Part shown: positions 18,483 to 24,982 of the stretch, piece after piece
Numbering within the stretch: position 1 is the first letter of the stretch
Layout: each line of letters begins with the position of its first letter
Assembly: GCA_017308475.1 (NCBI GenBank)
Contig: JAFKEU010000004.1
Location: forward strand, 643,226 to 707,225
Length of the DNA stretch: 64,000 bases
Direction of reading: 5' to 3'
Source of the DNA: Alphaproteobacteria bacterium
Lineage (GTDB): Bacteria > Pseudomonadota > Alphaproteobacteria > Micropepsales > Micropepsaceae
The notes under the pieces: generated by a model
Seen by the model: the letters and a program-made list of their open reading frames with translations, nothing else
The model's database searches: none
Told to the model about the DNA's origin: nothing
Position numbers and translations under genes: made by a program

Positions 18483-20150
18483 TCAGGGAGCCTGCCAGTC
18501 GAGTTGCAGCAGCGAGATAGCCTGGCGCGGCAGATCAGTTGTCACGGTAACGGTACCCTTCGACACCGCCAGCCAGCGTGGCGATTCCAGCAACTGCAAG
18601 CCTTCCTGCGCCTTCAGCGCCGCAAGCTGCTCGGGGGTCGGCTTCTGCGGCGATCCCATCGCCTTCCACGCCGTATAGGCATTGGAATGCGTGTCGTCGA
18701 TCCGGTAGTGGATCAGCCGCGCACGGCCTGCCGTGGGGGGCAATCCGCGCACCGTCACAGTGACAGAAGCCGCAGGTGCGGGTCGGTCTTCATCGTGGTA
18801 ATTCCACACCATCACCGCCGCGCCACGGCCATTGGCGGTGGCAAATGCGTCGATATCGGGCGCGCCGCGCACGCCATCGGCGATAATCTGGCCAGAGCCC
18901 ATCGCGCCATTGGCGGCCGCCGCCACGCGGCTTCCCTGCATCAGACCGGCCATGCGGAAGAAATTGAGCACCGGCTTGTCGATGCCATTGGTCGACAGCG
19001 AGCGGAAGCCTTCGAAATAGTCGCGGCCTTCGAACTCGAACGACCAGCTCAGCATCGAAATCAGGTCGATGCCGTAATGGTCCGCCAGTTCGAACAGCCG
19101 CTTGTACGCCGCCGCCGTATAGGCGGGATAGAGCGTGCCATTGCGATAGGCATTGGCGGGATTGATCTTCATCGAGCAGGCCGCGCAGCCTTCCGGGTCG
19201 GCTTCCGACAGGATCACCGGCAGCTTCCGGAACTGCGGGTACCGCGCGATGATCGCAAACCCTTTGTCGGCGTCATTCAGCTCCTTGGCCAGACCCATGG
19301 TCACTTGGCCGTCCTGGATGTGCGGCTGGCCCTTCACATGGAACGAGATGAAATCCATCGGCACTTTGGTGGATCCGACATGGTCGAGAAAATCTTCCAG
19401 GAATTTTGCCGCCTTGGGATTGCCCGGCCCGGTGGTGGCCGGCCCGCCAACCCTCGCCTCCGGCAATGCCGCCCGCACGCCCGCCACAGTGCGATCATAG
19501 AGTTCGAAATATTGCTGCGGCGTGCCGTGCCAATAGGAAATGTCCGGCTCGTTCCAGACTTCGAAATACCATTTCGCGACCGTGGCACGGCCATAGCGCT
19601 GCACCATGTGTGCCACGACCTGGCGGATCATTGCCTGCCATTTGGCATAGTCATTCGGCGGACTGTGCACCGCACCGCCAGTGGATGCGCCAGGATAATG
19701 GTCCGCATATTCGCCGCTGCCGCTTGCCAGCGCCTTGGGGGTGAAGCCCAGCTCGAACATCGGCACCACACCGGCATCGCGATATTCATCAAAGATGGAA
19801 TCCAGGATGCGGAAGTCATAGACCGGCCGGCCCTGCGCATCCTCGGAATAGACGTTGGTGGAACTCCATTTCAGGTCCGCCACGCCGTCGCCCGAACTGA
19901 GCAGGTGATGGGTGCGGATATGCACCGGCACCGGCGCCAGATCGTGCAGCTCGCGCAACAGCTTCCTGCCGTCGCGCATGGTCGTGTAATTGGCTTCGTC
20001 ATAGCCGAACCAGGCATAGATCGGCTTATAGGGCCCAAGCCTGTGGGAAACATCCACCGTGACGGCGACGGGTGCAGGCTGCTGCGCCATGACGGCTCCG
20101 CCGCACAGCAGCGGCAGCAGCATCGCCAAGCAATACCCGATCGGCTTCAT
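18483..20150 (-). CDS. Secreted glycoside hydrolase family 39 (beta-xylosidase / alpha-L-iduronidase-like)
   Basis: Signal peptide MKPIGYCLAMLLPLLCGGAVMAQQ. GH39 acid/base region KWYFEVWNEPD. ATG at 20150 is preceded by GGGAGGGACA. Confidence 0.85.
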   Translation of the reverse strand: MKPIGYCLAMLLPLLCGGAVMAQQPAPVAVTVDVSHRLGPYKPIYAWFGYDEANYTTMRDGRKLLRELHDLAPVPVHIRTHHLLSSGDGVADLKWSSTNVYSEDAQGRPVYDFRILDSIFDEYRDAGVVPMFELGFTPKALASGSGEYADHYPGASTGGAVHSPPNDYAKWQAMIRQVVAHMVQRYGRATVAKWYFEVWNEPDISYWHGTPQQYFELYDRTVAGVRAALPEARVGGPATTGPGNPKAAKFLEDFLDHVGSTKVPMDFISFHVKGQPHIQDGQVTMGLAKELNDADKGFAIIARYPQFRKLPVILSEADPEGCAACSMKINPANAYRNGTLYPAYTAAAYKRLFELADHYGIDLISMLSWSFEFEGRDYFEGFRSLSTNGIDKPVLNFFRMAGLMQGSRVAAAANGAMGSGQIIADGVRGAPDIDAFATANGRGAAVMVWNYHDEDRPAPAASVTVTVRGLPPTAGRARLIHYRIDDTHSNAYTAWKAMGSPQKPTPEQLAALKAQEGLQLLESPRWLAVSKGTVTVTTDLPRQAISLLQLDWQAP

Positions 20151-20877
20151 TGTCCCTCCCCCGGGGGCGCCCAAGTGTGAAGACGCTGGACCAATATTCT
20201 GGCGGGCCAGTGTTCCGGCCGGCCTGCCCTGCCGGACGAATCCCTGGAACAATAGCATCCCGACTCGCATGAGCGAATGGCTGGCCCCCGGCAGAAACAT
20301 CATGGCTGCATCAAACGTCGTCCGCTTTGCGCCAAAAGCCGCCTTTCAAGGCGGTAACAGGGCGACGGCAACCGCCTGGTGGAGATTCCCCGCCCTGCCC
20401 ATATCCCGAAACAGCCCGTTCCACTCGCGCAGATTCGGGCTGGGTGATGCCATCCTGTTCGGGCGGCTGCTCTCTGCCGCCGATGCCACGGCAATCGAAC
20501 GGCGCATGATGGCTGCGTAGCCGGGGACCTGACGAGAAATCTCGGTCTAGCACGAGGGTTTTGGAACGCGGAATTGCGCAGGCGAACACTCCCCCGCTTT
20601 GTGCAATCGCTAACAGCGACTGTACAGGGCGTTGCAGTGTGTATGAGACCCGCTCCAAATGGGCGGGATGCGACGATGCTTCCCATTCGGAGGCGGGCGA
20701 TCGCGATCGACACCTGTGACATTTTGGAGACGCCAGGTGCCCCTGTGACGAAAACACCGCCAGGCGGTGCCCTGGGCACATTCCGGTATCGGATCTGCCC
20801 GGCAAAAACCCCATTCCCGCCATACTGTGTGCGCAAGCTGCATGCTGATGTCGCTAGGGTAATAGGAGAGAACATCA

Positions 20878-21462
20878 ATGCAGAGAATTAAGCCTGCAAT
20901 CGTCGCAGCCATAACCGCTGGCGCCTTCAGTCTCGGAGGCTGCGCAACCAAAGACTATGTCAATGAGCGGGTGGCGGCCGTGAACGCCAAAGCGGAGACC
21001 ACCCAAAACCAGGTGAATCAGCAACAAGCACATTTGGCCAAGCTCGACCAGACGACCCAGGATGCCCTCAACCGCGCCGAGGCCGCCGGCAAACTCGCCG
21101 AGGGAAAATTCCTCTACTCCATGGTTTTGTCAGACGATTCGGTGAAGTTTCCGCTGGACAGCTCCAAACTCTCGACAGAAGCCCAGCAGCGCCTGCTGGA
21201 CTTTGTGGACAAGCTGAAAAACGAAAACCGCAATGTCTATCTGGAAATCCAGGGCCATACGGATTCGAGCGGATCGAAGCCCGTCAACCAGAGGCTGGGT
21301 GAGGAGCGAGCCGAGGCCGTGCGTCTTTTCCTGAACGAGCACGGCGTGGCCCTGAACCGCATGTCGACCATCTCTTATGGGGAACAGAACCCGGTAGCCG
21401 ACAATAAGACCCGGGTTGGCCGCGCAGAAAACCGGCGCGTGGTGTTGATTGTAATGTCATGA
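20878..21462 (+). CDS. Lipoprotein with Lpp-like coiled coil fused to an OmpA C-terminal (peptidoglycan-binding) domain
   Basis: Lipobox FSLGGC. Heptad-like segment VAAVNAKAETTQNQVNQQQAHLAKLDQTTQDALNRAEAA. OmpA_C motifs are present (LEIQGHTDSSGS, NQRLGEERAEAV, NRRVVL). Confidence 0.85.
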   Translation: MQRIKPAIVAAITAGAFSLGGCATKDYVNERVAAVNAKAETTQNQVNQQQAHLAKLDQTTQDALNRAEAAGKLAEGKFLYSMVLSDDSVKFPLDSSKLSTEAQQRLLDFVDKLKNENRNVYLEIQGHTDSSGSKPVNQRLGEERAEAVRLFLNEHGVALNRMSTISYGEQNPVADNKTRVGRAENRRVVLIVMS

Positions 21463-21510
21463 TCGATCGGGGGCTGGCCTAGTGTCGGGCCGGCCCCTAT
21501 CCTGCCCGTT

Positions 21511-22272
21511 TCACAGCCTGCCTTGGCCGCGCAAACCCAGAAGGTCTGACCAGCGCCAGTCGCCCCCGCCAATAGCAAAGCGCGTGCCTCCTTCCGCCAG
21601 TGACAGCAGTACCAGTCCGTGCATTCTTGCCTCGCGGCAGGCCCGCGGCGCGAACGCCACTTCCCACATGACTGCCTCACGCACGGCCGCGAGACCCTTT
21701 CCCTCTTGACCGCTCGACCGCACCCAATCGCCATTCCAGAGCAGAATAGCTTTCCCCATCAAGCGGGCGTCCGCCACCGCGGTGTGCACCAGTGCATCGC
21801 GCCGTAGGGCCTCCTGCACCAGCCGCCCCGTGTCGCAGCCCCCCCCACCTGCACCGCCTTCGCCTGCGCGCATTGCCCCGGCAAGTTGAGATTCACTAAG
21901 CAAGTTCGAATCGGCCAAAGGCTCGCTTTCAGCCGTGACCACTTCGGGCATAACCGGGTGCGGCAGCGTTGGCTGTATGAGATTGATCTCAGGTGCCCCC
22001 TCAGTCTGGACTTCTGTGGCCCTGGGCAGACCCGGTTGCATGGGGGCCTCAGTCAGGCTCACCAATAATGGCGGAGGTTCTGTGTGCGGCGGCGGCGCGG
22101 CATAGGGCCAAAACACTGTGGCCAACACTATCAGGTGCACGGCCACGCTGAACACCACAGCCAGGAAGCGGATGCGACCGCTGCTTGACGGCGGACCCGC
22201 GCCGCCGTCGTGCGGCAGTCCTTTGCGCAGCGCCGCCTCTTCCAAACCCCTATCCACCACGGACGGCCTCAT
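21511..22272 (-). CDS. Hypothetical membrane-anchored protein with Pro-rich linker (family not recognised)
   Basis: One TM segment (FLAVVFSVAVHLIVLATVFW) followed by a Pro-rich spacer (AAPPPHTEPPPLL). The frame looks codon-biased, but I recognise no family for the C-terminal domain. Confidence 0.5.
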   Translation of the reverse strand: MRPSVVDRGLEEAALRKGLPHDGGAGPPSSSGRIRFLAVVFSVAVHLIVLATVFWPYAAPPPHTEPPPLLVSLTEAPMQPGLPRATEVQTEGAPEINLIQPTLPHPVMPEVVTAESEPLADSNLLSESQLAGAMRAGEGGAGGGGCDTGRLVQEALRRDALVHTAVADARLMGKAILLWNGDWVRSSGQEGKGLAAVREAVMWEVAFAPRACREARMHGLVLLSLAEGGTRFAIGGGDWRWSDLLGLRGQGRL

Positions 22273-22706
22273 CCGACATCACAGTAGGCCTGCCAAAACA
22301 CCACGCTCGGTAGCATATTATCCCGCGTTCGCTATTGACCCGCCTCCGAAAACAACATCATCGCCGCATTCAACCGACCACTGATCCGCAAGACACCGAA
22401 AATCAAAAAAATCTAATTACGGCGAAACGCCCCCTTCGCCGGTTCCCTCTCAGAAGAACCGGAAAAGTCGGCAGCATTTGGACCTCGCGCGTGGGTTTTC
22501 AGACAGAAACCTGCGTTTTCTTGAAATTGTGGGGGGCTAGCCGGTACTTCATTTGCAGGAAAAGCCCGCTACCGATCGGGGAAGGGGTTTTCAAAAAACA
22601 ACTAGGAAGCCGGCGGGCAGAGTTGCCGGTAAACCGGTGCTGCCTTTATCAAATCGCCCACCGGCTCTGATGGACGCGGCGGGACGGGATTGGGGGCGCC
22701 GCTGCA

Positions 22707-23015
22707 TCAGGCCGGGGCGTATTTGCGGAATTCGCCCTCGGTCTGGTCGATCTGGCCGGCCAGGCTGCGCATCGTGGCCTGGTCGCTCTCCAGAACCAGG
22801 CGGTAACTCAGCCGGGAAATCTCGGCGCCCGCAAGTCGCAGCCGCACGGCATCCACCCAGCTGACGGCGTCCTTGTCGATGAAGCTCGAATAGCTGGAAT
22901 CCATCGAACGCATTTCGGTCACGGTGAAGGCGGTGCCACCGAGAATGATCAGCGCGAGCACGGCGATTGGGCCGATGACCTTGCTGCGGATTGTCAAATT
23001 CTGAAACCAGTTCAC
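22707..23015 (-). CDS. 102-aa protein resembling only the N-terminal TM + 4HB sensor start of a methyl-accepting chemotaxis protein (probable gene remnant)
   Basis: VNWFQNLTIRSKVIGPIAVLALIILGG... resembles the canonical MCP N-terminus. GTG at 23015 has a good SD (AAAGGAGGGG). There are no HAMP or signalling domains, and the ORF stops inside what would be the sensor domain. Confidence 0.45.
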   Translation of the reverse strand: MNWFQNLTIRSKVIGPIAVLALIILGGTAFTVTEMRSMDSSYSSFIDKDAVSWVDAVRLRLAGAEISRLSYRLVLESDQATMRSLAGQIDQTEGEFRKYAPA

Positions 23016-23208
23016 GTTCCCCTCCTTTGGGTTTGGCAGGAGGAAGGGATAGGCGCGGTGCTTGCCGGGGATTTTGCCACGATGCGTCGGAATGCGTCGG
23101 AGTGTGTCCGAGCGTGTCGGCCCGGGTTCCGGCAGGGAACTTTCAGGGTTTGGTAACCATAACGGGCCTATGCAATCGCCCGAGATTGCCGGGGACAGGC
23201 TATCGCCA

Positions 23209-23928
23209 ATGACCAAGCATGTGACGATCGTCGAAGACGATCCTGACGTTCGCTCGCTTCTGACGCGCAGTCTGGGTGCCGATGGCTACCAGGTCACGGC
23301 TCTGGAAAATGGCGACGGCATCGACGCGATGATTGCCGCGGGCCATGTGGACCTGGTCATCCTGGATATTGGCCTGCCCGATGTAGACGGACTGACCATC
23401 ACCCAGCAGATCCGGCGCAATTCCGACGTCGCCATCATCATTGTCAGCGGCCGGGGTGATCTGGCCGACCGCGTGGTGGGCCTGGAAATTGGCGCGGACG
23501 ACTACATCACCAAGCCGTTCGAGCCGCGCGAGATCCTGGCCCGAGTGCGCAGCGTGCTGCGCCGGGACGCCCGCGCCCGCTGCGGCACACCGGCCCTCAG
23601 CGAACACCATGTGTGCTACGAATTCGACGACTGGGTGCTGGATGCCACAACCCACACCCTGTCCGATAGCGCCGGCCGGCCGGTGGTCCTGACCAGCGGT
23701 GAATACCGCATGCTGGAGGCGCTGGTGACCCGCGCCAACCGCGTCCTGTCGCGCGATCAGCTAATGGATGCATGCTACGGCAACAATGCCCCGGCCTTTG
23801 ACCGCAGCATTGATGTCTGCGTGGGGCGGCTGCGCCGCAAGCTGAATGACGATGCGCGCAACCCCCGCATCATCCGAACGGTGCGCAACGGCGGCTATAT
23901 TTTCGCCACTCGCGTTACCCGAATTTGA
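23209..23928 (+). CDS. OmpR/PhoB-family response regulator (receiver + winged helix)
   Basis: Receiver motifs are present (VTIVEDDPDV, DLVILDIGLPDVDG, DDYITKPF), followed by a C-terminal winged helix (LTSGEYRMLEAL, IRTVRNGGYIF). No histidine kinase gene is adjacent. Confidence 0.9.
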   Translation: MTKHVTIVEDDPDVRSLLTRSLGADGYQVTALENGDGIDAMIAAGHVDLVILDIGLPDVDGLTITQQIRRNSDVAIIIVSGRGDLADRVVGLEIGADDYITKPFEPREILARVRSVLRRDARARCGTPALSEHHVCYEFDDWVLDATTHTLSDSAGRPVVLTSGEYRMLEALVTRANRVLSRDQLMDACYGNNAPAFDRSIDVCVGRLRRKLNDDARNPRIIRTVRNGGYIFATRVTRI

Positions 23929-24083
23929 GCCTTGCGGGAATAACACGCCGGCAGCCCTGCCGGATTCCGCGCCGCTTCCCGTGGCGAACGGTGCCCGGGT
24001 TTCTGAGCGCAAAAAACCGCGTGCCGACCGGCTGCCTCAACAATTTCGGTTCGGCGCTGGCCGGCAACAAATGCAGTAAACAT

Positions 24084-24160
24084 TGGTGGGCCCGGCAGGA
24101 CTCGAACCTGCGACCTAACCGTTATGAGCGGTCAGCTCTAACCAACTGAGCTACAGGCCC
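24084..24160 (-). tRNA. tRNA with CAT anticodon (elongator tRNA-Met or lysidine-type tRNA-Ile2; not initiator)
   Basis: The reverse complement GGGCCTGTAGCTCAGTTGGTTAGAGCTGACCGCTCATAACGGTTAGGTCGCAGGTTCGAGTCCTGCCGGGCCCACCA folds by hand into a cloverleaf. It has a 7-bp acceptor stem, GCTC/GAGC D stem, GACCG/CGGTT anticodon stem, loop CTCATAA, GCAGG/CCTGC T stem and an encoded CCA. A paired G1-C72 and the lack of three GC pairs in the anticodon stem argue against an initiator. Confidence 0.9.
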
Positions 24161-24255
24161 TTCGCGCAAAGGGGTATATCAGGATTTTCCGCGCCGCCAA
24201 CCGCCCCTATTTTGCCCGGGTTGACGGTCAGCATTGGTCTCTGACGAGCCCCCAT

Positions 24256-24963
24256 ATGAAGGATTCCACCGTGATGCTTCGCCCCCTGACCCGGTCTTTG
24301 ACCGCCAGCCTGGTGCTGATGACCGCCGTGCCCGCTTGGGCAGCCGATACCCATACCATCTCCATGAGCGGCCATGGCGAAGCCAAGGCCGCCCCGGACT
24401 TGGTCACTATCAACGCCGGTGTCACCACCAGCGCACCCACCGCCGCGGCGGCCCTGGCCGCCAACACCGCCAGAATGAAACAGGTCTTTGCCGTCCTGGA
24501 GAAAATGGGGGTGCCCCAGAAGAACATTCAGACGACGAATTTCTCCGTCGCGCCCCAGTACAACAATACCCCGGGCAATGAGAGCCCGCGGCTGACTGGC
24601 TATCAGGTAGCAAACCAGCTGGCGCTGAGGCTTGCTGACGTGGGAGGACTGGGCAAGACGCTGGACACGCTGGTGGCGGCCGGCGCCAACAACATGAACG
24701 GCATTGATTTCGCCATCCAGAACCCCGCCCCCCTGCTGGAAAAGGCACGCGCGGACGCCATTGCCGATGCGCGGCTGAGGGCAGAGACCTATGCAAGAGC
24801 TGCCGGCGTGGCGCTCGGGCCGATCCTGTCTATCAGCGAGGGCAGTGAAGGCCCGCGCCCCATGTACCGGCTGATGGTGATGGCGGCTCCCCCGCCCGTG
24901 CCGGTTGCAGCTGGAGAGGAAACCGTCTCGGCAAACGTCACGGTGACGTGGGAAATCCACTGA
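24256..24963 (+). CDS. SIMPL-domain periplasmic protein (BP26/OMP28-like, DUF541)
   Basis: A signal peptide ending AWA-AD is followed by ISMSGHGEAKAAPDLVTINAGVTT and TGYQVANQLALRL, which are typical of the SIMPL/BP26 family. Confidence 0.85.
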   Translation: MKDSTVMLRPLTRSLTASLVLMTAVPAWAADTHTISMSGHGEAKAAPDLVTINAGVTTSAPTAAAALAANTARMKQVFAVLEKMGVPQKNIQTTNFSVAPQYNNTPGNESPRLTGYQVANQLALRLADVGGLGKTLDTLVAAGANNMNGIDFAIQNPAPLLEKARADAIADARLRAETYARAAGVALGPILSISEGSEGPRPMYRLMVMAAPPPVPVAAGEETVSANVTVTWEIH

Positions 24964-24982
24964 GACGGCCTATATTCGATCC

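Noticed and set aside
18474-20180. 568-aa plus-strand ORF antisense to GH39. There are similar long shadow ORFs at 9833..10912, 11103..12239, 14744..15799, 42175..43620, 44508..46766, 52033..54123, 53387..54736, 56422..57582, 58216..59832 and 61096..62148.
   Set aside because: All have low-complexity R/A/G/P-rich translations and overlap genes with clear family signatures on the other strand. They are treated as GC-driven artefacts, not overlapping genes.
20302-20520. 72-aa plus-strand ORF (MAASNVVRFAPKAAF...) in the 727-bp gap.
   Set aside because: Its third-position GC is clearly lower than in neighbouring genes. It has no convincing SD, no recognisable family, and a hairpin lies inside it. 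The evidence is insufficient to annotate it as a CDS.
21470-21497. Hairpin GGGGCTGGCC-N8-GGCCGGCCCC between the convergent OmpA-like and hypothetical genes, as a possible bidirectional terminator.
   Set aside because: The stem has one mismatch and neither side has a U-tract. It may still act as an RNA end or stabiliser, but I do not list it as a terminator.
20151-24083. tRNA-linked genomic island, suggested by sparse coding, a lower-GC patch, a gene remnant and an orphan regulator next to the tRNA 3' end.
   Set aside because: There is no integrase, excisionase or transposase. I could not find a direct repeat of the tRNA 3' end in the region. The rearrangement signal is noted in the findings, but an island call is not supported.
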